A stretch of 61,794 bases of DNA from an uncultured archaeon (GCA_964632315.1 CAZWEM010000023.1:1-61794), one strand, 5' to 3'; positions 21,035 to 30,824 are shown, counted from the first letter of the stretch. The notes: generated from the sequence alone by a model not told the origin. Numbers and translations are program-made.

Positions 21035-21217
21035 CTAAGCTAAAGTGGGATTAAAGATTTCAGAATCATCTAATATCGAACATTTCTTATGAAGATATTT
21101 CTTTTGAAAACCATAAAATTTTCCATTTATAATATTACCTAATGTGAATTCAAAAATATCTTCCATTTCATCTAATTCTATTTTTCTTTTGCAAGATAAG
21201 CAATAAATACTAGTCAC
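21035..21217 (-). CDS. small CxxC...HxxC zinc-finger protein
   Basis: CLSC...KYLHKKC; GTG start with GAGG immediately upstream. Confidence 0.55.
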   Translation of the reverse strand: MTSIYCLSCKRKIELDEMEDIFEFTLGNIINGKFYGFQKKYLHKKCSILDDSEIFNPTLA

Positions 21218-21278
21218 CTCTAAGTAGACCCTTATCTTTTTTATAATCTAGATTATATAAACTCAACATATAAGATCC

Positions 21279-22229
21279 TTAATTCATTAGAAACTTTATA
21301 GAAGCTCCCTGCAAAATTAGTTCATTTTTTTTCAAATTATGACCACCCTTGTTCAAGATCAATTGATTTTTATGTGGAAGATCTAAAGCATCTCGATTTT
21401 CTATAAAATTTTTTAGTTTAATGATTCTATCGTTCTTACAATGAACAAGTAATACTCTTTTAGATAATTGTTGCCATTTTTCCTCACTAGAAATGTCTTT
21501 TGTTTTTTTGATTTGAAACAATGGAGAGATCTTTTCATTTTCGTTTTTCTTGGGAAGCAATTTCACTCCCTTAATTAAATAGCTTAATAATACAATTATA
21601 TTATATCTGGGTAAATTTTTACGATAATTTGACATAGCTGAAATTGCTATTATCTTTTCTATTCGTTCATCTGAGAACCCACCGCAAAGAATTGTTAATG
21701 CTCCAATACTAAATCCAATAGTAAATTTTCTCTTTTGTTGTAATACAGGATCCTTGTTTATCCAATTGACTATAATTTTAAAATCATTTATTCTAGCTAA
21801 GAAATCTCCCTTTTTTCCCACATTTTTCGAAATGCCAGTGCCTCTTGCATCGTAAATGAAGATCAAATAACCTAAACGAACAAAAGGGATATAAAAGCTT
21901 TGAAGAGATTCTTTGGTATCAGAAAAACCGTGAGCTATGATAATGAGAGAATTGATTTCTTGAGTTTTTTTTAGATTTTTAGATTTAATGAGTAAGGCAG
22001 CTATTTCCTTCTTTTTCTTTTTCCCTTTTTCAACTTCAACCTTTATTTTAGATATCTGAATATCATCAATTTCAATTGGAACCCATCTTTCATACCAAAA
22101 ATCCCTAAAAGTAAAATATATCTCGAAAGGTGTAAAAATTATGAGAAAAGTGGTTAAAGATAGAAAAAAACAAGGAAGAAATGGATTTCCAAAAGTATTA
22201 TAATTAACATTCCATATGAGAATGCTCAC
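21279..22229 (-). CDS. membrane-anchored alpha/beta hydrolase
   Basis: N-terminal hydrophobic segments, AHGFSD, YDARGTG, GFSIG nucleophile, HCKND and GGH. Confidence 0.85.
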   Translation of the reverse strand: MSILIWNVNYNTFGNPFLPCFFLSLTTFLIIFTPFEIYFTFRDFWYERWVPIEIDDIQISKIKVEVEKGKKKKKEIAALLIKSKNLKKTQEINSLIIIAHGFSDTKESLQSFYIPFVRLGYLIFIYDARGTGISKNVGKKGDFLARINDFKIIVNWINKDPVLQQKRKFTIGFSIGALTILCGGFSDERIEKIIAISAMSNYRKNLPRYNIIVLLSYLIKGVKLLPKKNENEKISPLFQIKKTKDISSEEKWQQLSKRVLLVHCKNDRIIKLKNFIENRDALDLPHKNQLILNKGGHNLKKNELILQGASIKFLMN

Positions 22230-22318
22230 TAAAATTGAAAAGTAAATTACTATTGCTCGCTTGGTATTTTTACTTAAAATAAAACCACCTTTTGAAAATA
22301 AAAAAAAATTAAAAAAAA

Positions 22319-22663
22319 TTATGGCTTGTCTGGTTTTGGACAGCCGTGGTCCTTAGCTATTTGACAATCTCTCTTGCTTTTAAGCCCAGGACACGGTTTA
22401 CATTTTACTTCTCTTAACATTTTAACTACTTCGTCTATCTCCATCCCAAATTCTTCATCCTCAGTCTCATCTGCAAGCATTTCATCTTCAATTTCATTAA
22501 GATCATAATCTACGTCCTCATCTAAATTATCAGATTCATCATATAAATCGAGTATTTCTTCCCCATCTTCATCTACCTTACCAATAGGTACCTCATCTTC
22601 ATCTGGGACAGCTGCTGGTTTTTTTTTCTTAGCCATATCATTCACATTAATAAATGAATTCAC
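22319..22663 (-). CDS. highly acidic protein with basic N-terminus and Cys-rich C-terminus (likely start MAKKKK)
   Basis: D/E-rich central tract; CKPC...C...HGC tail. Confidence 0.7.
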   Translation of the reverse strand: MNSFINVNDMAKKKKPAAVPDEDEVPIGKVDEDGEEILDLYDESDNLDEDVDYDLNEIEDEMLADETEDEEFGMEIDEVVKMLREVKCKPCPGLKSKRDCQIAKDHGCPKPDKP

Positions 22664-22752
22664 AATTAGATTCTATAGGTTTAAGTTATCATAATATAAT
22701 TTAAATTATATTTTTTTTGCTTAAATTCAAATAAACAATCTAGTGTGTTGTT

Positions 22753-24807
22753 TTAGTTAGTGTTATTAAAAGGATTAGTTAAATTTTGAATCTCTAATAA
22801 AAGATTCTCATTACTGGTGCAGACTTTATAAAAGTCATAAATTTTATTAAAAGTGTCTTTAAGTTCATCCAATTTGTAGAATTGATACTTGATAGAGTTA
22901 AATCTTGGTAAAAAATACTTAAATTCGATTTTAGGAAATAAGTGTTCAGAATTCAACATTTTATTAATCTTCCCATTCTTTAAACAATCAAAATAAATGG
23001 AATCTACCAAACAGTTAGAAAGTCTTTTAAAAAAACCTATTAAATTTGAAATCTTATTAACTTTAAAATTTAGGTTATGGTTTAATTTGAGTTCATATTG
23101 CATCTGAGATAGAAATTGCATTATTTTTCCCATATGACCCAATGAATTTGGTATAGAAGACGGTAGGGGCAAGCGTTTAAGAAAACTGCCATTATATCTC
23201 AAATAACCTCCCGCCATATGAAGGGTACCATAAAGTCCATTAAAAATTCTGTTCATGATTTTAGAATTTAAAATTGTCAATAGAGAGAAGTATTGATTAG
23301 TAGAGAATGAGGGAACAATAATCGAATACAATCCCGTTAAATTAGTGTACAGCCCAGGATCATAAACTGCTGTAAGTTCAGTGGCTATTTCTCTTACCAA
23401 GAGCTTTTCTGAGACAAGTTTAGGCCAAATTTGACTGAATTTGGGATTGTAAGGGAAATAGGCTAATTTTAATTTTTGCTTTGCTATTCTTATTCCTTTT
23501 TCAAATTTTATATGAAATTTTCCTACATTTCCAGTGCCCAAAATAATTAAATCTTTATCATTATTACTCTGATTTTGAATCAAGTCAAAATTTTTAGCCC
23601 AATTAATGAATCCAAATGGACGATATATTACAACAAGTTCTCTAAAAATAGTGGATAAATTTTCATATTTGCCGCAAATGTCATTTATAAGTTGTAAATC
23701 TGAAGTGATTGGTATTACATTGGCAGGATAATTTTTTAGATCATTTTGAGCTATTTTGAAGACTTTCATTTTTTCTAAATTCAATTTTTGATTCTCATCC
23801 TCTAAATCTGTAATCTTGATTAAGATATTTGAATCAAGGGATTTTTTAGAAAGAGATATGATTACCGGATAAGTAGCTGTTTTTTTAAATAAAGAGAGTG
23901 AAGAAACATCAATTATCTCTAATATTTGGGACTCTGTTATTATCTTCTGCCTTATCTTTTTACCATAATCTGCTGCTAAAAATTTATTTGTGATAAGAAA
24001 AGATAAATAACCGGACTGATGATTAAGAATATCTAGTGATTTTTCAACAAATAATATTGATAAATCGTATAAACCAAAAGCGGTATTGAATATTTTTAGC
24101 TTCTTCTTGTAGCTAATGTCTTTAATTTTCTTATTTTCTACATATGGAGGATTCCCAATAATAATATTAAATTCTTTTATCTCAAAATTCAATAAGAAAT
24201 CTTGATTCCAGAGATTAAATTTTAAGTTCAAGGAATTAGATATTTTAATCAATTGCTTTTTAATTGTCTCTATTCTTAATTCATTATCTTTTTCAATTTC
24301 TAGATCCCTTAGATACCACTCTAATAACCTTAATTTTGAGATTAACATAGCAGAATGATCAATTTCAACACCAAAAATATTATTATTAATTATGAGTCTC
24401 TTGAGATCCTTCTCAAGAAAGTCAGGTTTTAAAATTTTAAATATATTTAATAGGTTCTTGGCGACGGCTAATAAAAATCTTCCTGAGCCACAACTTGGAT
24501 CTAAAACTTTAATAGAAGCAAATATTTCCCAGATCTCTTTTTTATTATCTATGTCCGTGGTTTTCAGAATTTCTATGATTTTATTAAAAGGATATGATTT
24601 ATCGTAATTTTTAGAGAAACACTGATTTATAATGTCGATCAGATAAACTTTAATAATATTTTTAGTCATGTAATCGGCTATTTTTAAAGGCGTGTATACA
24701 GTTCCATTTTGTTGTCGGTTGAAATTAGAGTTTAATTTTTTGTTTTCCAAAACCTGTAATATTTCTTTTAATTGGTAAGAATTATTAGATTTCGATAAGT
24801 TCTTCAT
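22753..24807 (-). CDS. N6-adenine DNA methyltransferase (gamma class, TaqI/Eco57I-like)
   Basis: VYTP, DPSCGSGRF (motif I), GVEID and IGNPPY (motif IV); TaqI_C-like TRD (LNSK...LPLP). Confidence 0.9.
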   Translation of the reverse strand: MKNLSKSNNSYQLKEILQVLENKKLNSNFNRQQNGTVYTPLKIADYMTKNIIKVYLIDIINQCFSKNYDKSYPFNKIIEILKTTDIDNKKEIWEIFASIKVLDPSCGSGRFLLAVAKNLLNIFKILKPDFLEKDLKRLIINNNIFGVEIDHSAMLISKLRLLEWYLRDLEIEKDNELRIETIKKQLIKISNSLNLKFNLWNQDFLLNFEIKEFNIIIGNPPYVENKKIKDISYKKKLKIFNTAFGLYDLSILFVEKSLDILNHQSGYLSFLITNKFLAADYGKKIRQKIITESQILEIIDVSSLSLFKKTATYPVIISLSKKSLDSNILIKITDLEDENQKLNLEKMKVFKIAQNDLKNYPANVIPITSDLQLINDICGKYENLSTIFRELVVIYRPFGFINWAKNFDLIQNQSNNDKDLIILGTGNVGKFHIKFEKGIRIAKQKLKLAYFPYNPKFSQIWPKLVSEKLLVREIATELTAVYDPGLYTNLTGLYSIIVPSFSTNQYFSLLTILNSKIMNRIFNGLYGTLHMAGGYLRYNGSFLKRLPLPSSIPNSLGHMGKIMQFLSQMQYELKLNHNLNFKVNKISNLIGFFKRLSNCLVDSIYFDCLKNGKINKMLNSEHLFPKIEFKYFLPRFNSIKYQFYKLDELKDTFNKIYDFYKVCTSNENLLLEIQNLTNPFNNTN

Positions 24808-24899
24808 TTGATAGCCTAATTAGAAAAGTGAATAGTTAAAAATTAATTAAATAACTAACTAAAAATAGTGTTTTTAAATATTATATTTTTGCTTGATAT

Positions 24900-25793
24900 T
24901 TGATGGACGACACTTTCATAAAATTAATAATTGAGAACCCTAGAAAAATTGCAAAATTAGAGTTTTCTGAAATTCAAAAGATATTGCATAAAGCCAGAAA
25001 GATCTTAGAAAATGAAAATCTGGTTTTAAATTTAAATATCGAAGAGGAAGAAGGATTTTGTTATGTTATTGGAGATATACATGGTAATTTGAATTCATTG
25101 CTTTACTTTATTGATAAAATAAATACAACTAAACCAAAAAAAGTAGTATTTCTTGGAGATATCGTTGACAGAGGAGCAAATCAGCTAGAATGTTTAATCT
25201 TGGTTTTAGTCATGAAAATTATTTCACAACATCAAATATTTTTAATTAGGGGAAATCATGAAACTCTTGAAATGAACAGAGCTTATGGGTTTTATCAAGA
25301 ATTTGCCAATAAATTTCATCACTATGATTGGTTCAATGAAATTCTATCGTTATATGATGTTTTACCCATTTGTGCTACAATAGATCGCTCAATCTTATGT
25401 GTTCATGGAGGGATTCCAACAGATTTTTCAGTATTAAATAAAATAAATAATCTAAAAACTTATGATTCAAGAGAAATATATGAAAGTAATGGAGATGCTT
25501 TATTTCAGATGATGTGGAATGATCCTAAAGAAGATTTAAAGGGATTTTCTCAGAGTTTTAGGGGTAAGGATATCTACTTCTTTGGAAAAGATGTTTTCAA
25601 TGATTTTATGAAAACAAATAATTTCGAGTTTTTAATTAGATCTCATGAATGCTTTCCAGAAGGATTTAGATGGTTTTTTAATAAGAGGTTATTATCAATT
25701 TTTTCTTCGGCAAACTATAGAGGGTCTAATCAAGCCTCCTTTGCTATTATAAAAAATCACCAAATATTTCCAGAAAATATTATTAATTTATAA
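24900..25793 (+). CDS. PPP family Ser/Thr protein phosphatase
   Basis: GDIHG, GDIVDRG, RGNHE, HGG, WNDP, RSHE and SIFSSANY. Confidence 0.95.
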   Translation: MMDDTFIKLIIENPRKIAKLEFSEIQKILHKARKILENENLVLNLNIEEEEGFCYVIGDIHGNLNSLLYFIDKINTTKPKKVVFLGDIVDRGANQLECLILVLVMKIISQHQIFLIRGNHETLEMNRAYGFYQEFANKFHHYDWFNEILSLYDVLPICATIDRSILCVHGGIPTDFSVLNKINNLKTYDSREIYESNGDALFQMMWNDPKEDLKGFSQSFRGKDIYFFGKDVFNDFMKTNNFEFLIRSHECFPEGFRWFFNKRLLSIFSSANYRGSNQASFAIIKNHQIFPENIINL

Positions 25794-25855
25794 GAGTTCT
25801 GGGTCTAATGCTAGTAAGGGTCTATTTCGGTCTAATTTTTATAAAGAAAGATTTA

Positions 25856-26110
25856 TTACATTAATTCTGATGCGTCAGGTTTAATGAATAATAAATTATT
25901 ACCACGAATGAAAATTTCATTGTATTTAGCTACAGGGGCAGAATCCATGATTTCAACAGCATCTTCTAAGATCATATTCATGTACGCATCAATTTCTTTT
26001 AATAACCCTTTATACTCTGTTCCATCTTTGAGACGCAATATAATAGTTGAATTTTGAGCGGCTTGAAGAATATTTAATGGGTTTTTTGACCGTTGATTGT
26101 TTTTTTCCAT
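25856..26110 (-). CDS. Sm/Lsm RNA-binding protein
   Basis: Sm1 (LKDGTEYKGLLKEIDAYMNMILED) and Sm2 (FIRGNN). Confidence 0.95.
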   Translation of the reverse strand: MEKNNQRSKNPLNILQAAQNSTIILRLKDGTEYKGLLKEIDAYMNMILEDAVEIMDSAPVAKYNEIFIRGNNLLFIKPDASELM

Positions 26111-26244
26111 TATAAATCTATATTTCTTATATGATTATATTAATATTAATAAAAACGATATCTTAAAGAAAAACTTTTTTGAATTAAAACCTTATTATCA
26201 GAAATATAAGGCAAATAATAACTTTTAATTTAAAGTTCACAAAT

Positions 26245-26817
26245 TTGAAAAGGGATAAAAAAAAGAAGATCATTGAAAGATATAATAATTCTTCTCAATT
26301 TTATGATAAAAGGTATAATTTAATCCAAAGAGAAAAATTTGAATTTTTTTTAAGTCAATTCGATTACTTTGAGAAATATATATTAGATGCTGGATGCGGC
26401 ACAGGGTTAATATATGAATTTATCTCTTTAAGTGAAAAAAAGGTTAGAAATAGATTCATTTCCATTGATATTTCAATAAATATGCTTAAAAAGCTGAAAA
26501 ATAAACAAAAAATTTTGAAAAATAAACTTTCAATATCACCGATTTTATCTGATATTGAAAATATACCAATAAGAAACAATATAATTGATGGGATTATTTC
26601 ATTCACCTCCTTTCAAAACCTTGGGGATGTTAAAAAGGGTTTTTTAGAATTAGTTAGGGTTTCAAAATTAGGAACAGAAATTAATCTATCTATTTTGAAG
26701 AAGGATAAACGTATAGATTCATTTGTGGCATTTATTAAACCTTTTTTTTATGACTTTTACAAGTCTACTAATGAGAACTTAGAAGATGCTTTTATCAAAG
26801 GAAAATTATCTAAATAA
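26245..26817 (+). CDS. class I SAM-dependent methyltransferase
   Basis: ILDAGCGTG, IDISINML and SDIENIP. Confidence 0.88.
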   Translation: MKRDKKKKIIERYNNSSQFYDKRYNLIQREKFEFFLSQFDYFEKYILDAGCGTGLIYEFISLSEKKVRNRFISIDISINMLKKLKNKQKILKNKLSISPILSDIENIPIRNNIIDGIISFTSFQNLGDVKKGFLELVRVSKLGTEINLSILKKDKRIDSFVAFIKPFFYDFYKSTNENLEDAFIKGKLSK

Positions 26818-26828
26818 ATGTCATAAAT

Positions 26829-27707
26829 TCATTTATAAAAGCTTTCCAAAATATCTTCTACGTCACTTACAATATTGAACTTTTTTTCAAAATAATTACA
26901 AATATTCCTTATATCTCTTTCTAATATAGATTTGGCATTAGGATGATCACTAGATATTGATTGTAACCAATCAATTATGAGAATGTTTCCCTTCTCATCC
27001 ATAACTATGTTAAATTCACCTAGATCTCCGTGAACTAATTTAACTTTTTGGAAGATCTTCTTCATCTGCTTTAATATTTTATTAAAAATCTTTTTTGGTT
27101 TTTGAATTTCTTTGAAGTAAACTAATTCTTTACCTCTTAAATAATTCATAACAATCATATGTCTATTATATGCAATTGGTCGAGGAGTATCTAATTTGAG
27201 TTGATATATTTTTTCTAATGCTTCAAATTCTTTTTTTGCTGCTAATCTATTAACATAGAGCCATGAAATATGACCTCTATTACCAACTATATCTCTTAGA
27301 TTTTTTATGTTTTTGAAACTTGTTCTCCCCATTCGATAGATTTTCAATGCAAGAACATTTTCATCGTCATCCATACAACTATATACATCAGATTCTTTTC
27401 CTTTTCCTATGAGTGGTCCTAATTGACTAATAACATTCATTTCCACAAGAGAATGAAGAGCTAATACATCATACCCAATAGAATTAAGTGTATATCCTAT
27501 TTCATAGGATGAAGAATCTCTGATTATCAAATCGGATTTATGAACTTTTTTTAATCGGTAAAGGGTTTCTTCCATTGGATATCGAGCATAAAATCTAATG
27601 TTATTTAAGGTCACATATTCTGATCTTTTCATCCCGAGTTCAATTGCCATTAATATTCTAATGTCCTCCTTTTCGAGATCTATTAGTAGTTTTCCAGCTT
27701 CAACCAT
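26829..27707 (-). CDS. rio2: RIO2 family Ser/Thr kinase
   Basis: N-terminal wHTH (GYDVLAL), GKGKESDVY, RMGRTSF, HGDLGEFNI and IDWLQ. Confidence 0.94.
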   Translation of the reverse strand: MVEAGKLLIDLEKEDIRILMAIELGMKRSEYVTLNNIRFYARYPMEETLYRLKKVHKSDLIIRDSSSYEIGYTLNSIGYDVLALHSLVEMNVISQLGPLIGKGKESDVYSCMDDDENVLALKIYRMGRTSFKNIKNLRDIVGNRGHISWLYVNRLAAKKEFEALEKIYQLKLDTPRPIAYNRHMIVMNYLRGKELVYFKEIQKPKKIFNKILKQMKKIFQKVKLVHGDLGEFNIVMDEKGNILIIDWLQSISSDHPNAKSILERDIRNICNYFEKKFNIVSDVEDILESFYK

Positions 27708-27786
27708 ACTATTAATTTTTAATTTTAAGATATAAAAAATTTATTACAGAGTAATTATATGGGAAAAAACTAAAATTTCCCTTCTA

Positions 27787-28566
27787 TTAGAAGATGAATT
27801 TTCTATAAGTTTTTATGAAGTATATTAATTTAATGATAGAAGGAAGAAAGTATACCATTGTAGATAATGTTAATAACATCAGAAAAAATAGGATGTCTAT
27901 TCTCTTAATCAAATAGGTCAATAAATCAGATCCAGATTGAAATAAGAAAAGAAAAATTCCTTGCTGTAAGTAAATTATCATACTGATACTGATGATTAAA
28001 CCAATACTAGATAATATAATTGCTTTTACTTCATACTCATAGATACTTAGGGCAAGTAGAAAACCTAAACAAATACTTATTGTAATTAGTAAAATTTTTG
28101 AAACGTATAACCACTGTTGATAAGAATCTGCGGAAATGATAATATTTTCACTGGAACTCGGCTGAATAATCACACTCCAAAGATTAATCAAATAAATACC
28201 GAATGTGATCAAGATAATTAACGAGATAATTACATAAATCCTTATCGATACGAAATGCGTGAATTGATATAGCTCCAAGTTCCTTTCTATCTCCACAGAT
28301 TCCAAAAGCGTGTTCAATTTTTCCTTTATATATATTGGAATATCATTTTTAAGAAGAACGAGTTCGAAATCCTGAAAAGAAGATAAAAGATTATTTAATG
28401 ATTTAATTCCCTTTTCTAGAGAATAATTTGAGCTTTTTGGACCCTTCCATAAAAATATTTTTTTTGTATTGTCATCGAATATCGCACAAATATCGTGAAA
28501 GAGTAATTCATGCTGCTCCTCAATCCAATCATCATTATTAGAGTTATATCTATAGGTTCTAAGCAT
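27787..28566 (-). CDS. gelsolin-like domain fused to a four-TM membrane domain (putative)
   Basis: Residues about 20-50 (LLFHDICAIFDDNTKKIFLWKGPKSS) resemble the gelsolin-repeat core; four hydrophobic helices in the C-terminal 150 aa. Confidence 0.6.
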   Translation of the reverse strand: MLRTYRYNSNNDDWIEEQHELLFHDICAIFDDNTKKIFLWKGPKSSNYSLEKGIKSLNNLLSSFQDFELVLLKNDIPIYIKEKLNTLLESVEIERNLELYQFTHFVSIRIYVIISLIILITFGIYLINLWSVIIQPSSSENIIISADSYQQWLYVSKILLITISICLGFLLALSIYEYEVKAIILSSIGLIISISMIIYLQQGIFLFLFQSGSDLLTYLIKRIDILFFLMLLTLSTMVYFLPSIIKLIYFIKTYRKFIF

Positions 28567-28631
28567 GATAATTCAAAATTAAAACTTCATAACTTATTTA
28601 ATTTTTAGTTTAAGATGGAATAAAAAATAAA

Positions 28632-29528
28632 TTATTTATTGATTCTTTCCTGAATCTCAATCCATAAGTCATTAATATAAGATTTATAATTATTAAGATC
28701 CTTTTCAGAGATGGAATTGAACCTTTTTTGAGCTTTTAAATATAATTCAATTGGTTTTCGCTTATCTGGATTAAGAAATTTCTTACTATCTCTTGATAGA
28801 TTAAATTTCCCTTCAATAACTTCATACAAAGGCCAAAATCCCGTTTGAACGGCTAATCTTCCTATTTCTATAGATTTAGAGGGATCATAACCCCAACCAG
28901 GTGGACAAGGAGCTAGGATGTGTATATATTTTGGTCCTAAAATCGATTTAGCAGTAGTAAATTTCTCATATAAATCTAAAGGAAAGGATGAAATTGCTGT
29001 TGCTACATAGGGGATCCCGTGAGCCTCTAAAATTTTAGCCATATTCTTTTTAGATCCAGTTTTCCCATCAGGAGTTGTAGTGCTAAAAGCACCAGGGGGA
29101 GTACTTCCACTTCTTTGGACTCCCGTATTCATATAGGCTTCGTTATCATAACACGCAAAAATGAAGTTTGTGCCTCTTTCAACTGCTCCGCTTAAGCTTT
29201 GAATTCCAATATCCACTGTTCCTCCATCACCAGCAAAAGCAACTACGTTGATATCTTTTTCCAGCCCTTTATCTTCAAGTGAAGCTACGATCCCAGAAGC
29301 AGAAGCGCCCGTAGTTGCGAAAGGAGTGTGAAGCACTGAAACTTTAGTAGTACAAAAACCTTGCATTCCATGGAGCACAGTAAGACAGCTTGCGGGTACA
29401 GTTATAATTGTATTTGGGCCTAACGCTTTCAAAGCGATCCTATATATTAAAGCCATAGAGCATCCTGCACATGCTCTTGTACCAGGAAAAATAAATTCTT
29501 CCTCTGGTAATTCCATTACATTTACCAT
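28632..29528 (-). CDS. porB: pyruvate/2-oxoacid:ferredoxin oxidoreductase beta subunit
   Basis: ACAGC, GDGG, DNEAYMNTG and APCPPGW. Confidence 0.94.
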   Translation of the reverse strand: MVNVMELPEEEFIFPGTRACAGCSMALIYRIALKALGPNTIITVPASCLTVLHGMQGFCTTKVSVLHTPFATTGASASGIVASLEDKGLEKDINVVAFAGDGGTVDIGIQSLSGAVERGTNFIFACYDNEAYMNTGVQRSGSTPPGAFSTTTPDGKTGSKKNMAKILEAHGIPYVATAISSFPLDLYEKFTTAKSILGPKYIHILAPCPPGWGYDPSKSIEIGRLAVQTGFWPLYEVIEGKFNLSRDSKKFLNPDKRKPIELYLKAQKRFNSISEKDLNNYKSYINDLWIEIQERINK

Positions 29529-29531
29529 TTT

Positions 29532-30824
29532 TTAGTCACCTTTATAAAAATTTGATTCGTCATAATTTTCTAGCTCTGTAAGATTCAATCCTAAAAACTC
29601 AGTTTCATATGAAATTTCACCTTTTTTTTCAGCTTCAATAGTTCTTTGGACTCCTTCTATTATATGATTTGTTGTAACATCTCTCCCTCCTAATCCTACT
29701 ATGAATCCCTTTAAGAATGGAGGATTTTTTAACCCATAGAGAGCGGATTTTAATTCATAATCCAAAACACCTTCATAACCATAACCAATATCTCTATCAA
29801 ATACGACAATGGTATCTTTATCCTTAAGAAATTCTCTTAAATATTTAGCAGGATAAGGTCTAAACATTTTTAGACTCACCAATCCCACTTTTAGTCCCTT
29901 TGCTCGAAGTTTTGAAATTGCTACTCTTGCTTGGGCAGCAACAGACCCCATAGCATAAATTATTATATCAGCATCATTAATTTTATAGGTTTTAAAGATT
30001 CCATTTCCATAATTTCGTCCAAATTTCACCGCAAAATCATCATGTACTTCCTTAATTACTTCGACAGAATTTTCTAATGCTTTTTGTAGGGCATATCGAT
30101 ATTCAAAATAACCAGGAACTATGCCTTCTTTTCCTCTATTTCTAATATGAGGCGTTGTAACTGGGTCAATTCCTTTCACTTTGGAAATGTCTGAAAGATT
30201 AATATGATGTTTTAGAGGTGGTAGAAATTCATCAATATCTTGTTGATTTTCCAAAATAACGGGCATCATCGTATGACTTAATATATATCCATCATAGGAA
30301 ACAATGGTAGGAAGATATAATCGAGGATCTTCGGCAATCTTAAATGCTTGAATATTAGTGTCATATATCTCTTGATTATCTTCGCAGAATAATTGAATCC
30401 ATCCAACATCTCTAATAGTCATAAAATCTTGATGGTCAGTCCAGACACTCCATGGGGCACCTGTTGCTCTAGTTGCTAAGTTTATAACTATTGGTAATCT
30501 GTTTCCAGATGCCCAGGGTAACATTTCATACATAAGCATTAGTCCATGTGATGAAGTGGCAGTCCCGACTCGAGAACCTGTTGCTGATGCTGCACAACAA
30601 ACCGCTAAAGCTGAATGCTCAGATTCAACTTTTACGAATCTTGCATTTAGTTCTCCTTTAGAAATGAATTCTGCTATTTTTTCGACAACAGGACTTTGAG
30701 GAGTAATTGGATATGCAGATATAACTCCAACCCTTGCTTGCTTCAAAGCATAAGCAGCAGCATAATTTCCAGTTAAGATTTTTGCAGCGTTAAAAGATCT
30801 TGGAGCATTTTTTACTTGATTCAT
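29532..30824 (-). CDS. porA: pyruvate/2-oxoacid:ferredoxin oxidoreductase alpha subunit
   Basis: AYPITPQ, ESEHSA, ATSSHG, FRPYP and GLGGRDV. Confidence 0.95.
   Translation of the reverse strand: MNQVKNAPRSFNAAKILTGNYAAAYALKQARVGVISAYPITPQSPVVEKIAEFISKGELNARFVKVESEHSALAVCCAASATGSRVGTATSSHGLMLMYEMLPWASGNRLPIVINLATRATGAPWSVWTDHQDFMTIRDVGWIQLFCEDNQEIYDTNIQAFKIAEDPRLYLPTIVSYDGYILSHTMMPVILENQQDIDEFLPPLKHHINLSDISKVKGIDPVTTPHIRNRGKEGIVPGYFEYRYALQKALENSVEVIKEVHDDFAVKFGRNYGNGIFKTYKINDADIIIYAMGSVAAQARVAISKLRAKGLKVGLVSLKMFRPYPAKYLREFLKDKDTIVVFDRDIGYGYEGVLDYELKSALYGLKNPPFLKGFIVGLGGRDVTTNHIIEGVQRTIEAEKKGEISYETEFLGLNLTELENYDESNFYKGD

Noticed and set aside
22290-22320. Poly-A/poly-T runs in intergenic regions (also near 11760, 45100 and 50020) as special repeats
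   Set aside because: They are consistent with ordinary archaeal oligo-T terminators in an AT-rich genome and cannot be supported individually
22753-24807. Complete restriction-modification or BREX/DISARM defence system
   Set aside because: No partner nuclease, helicase, ATPase or PglZ genes nearby
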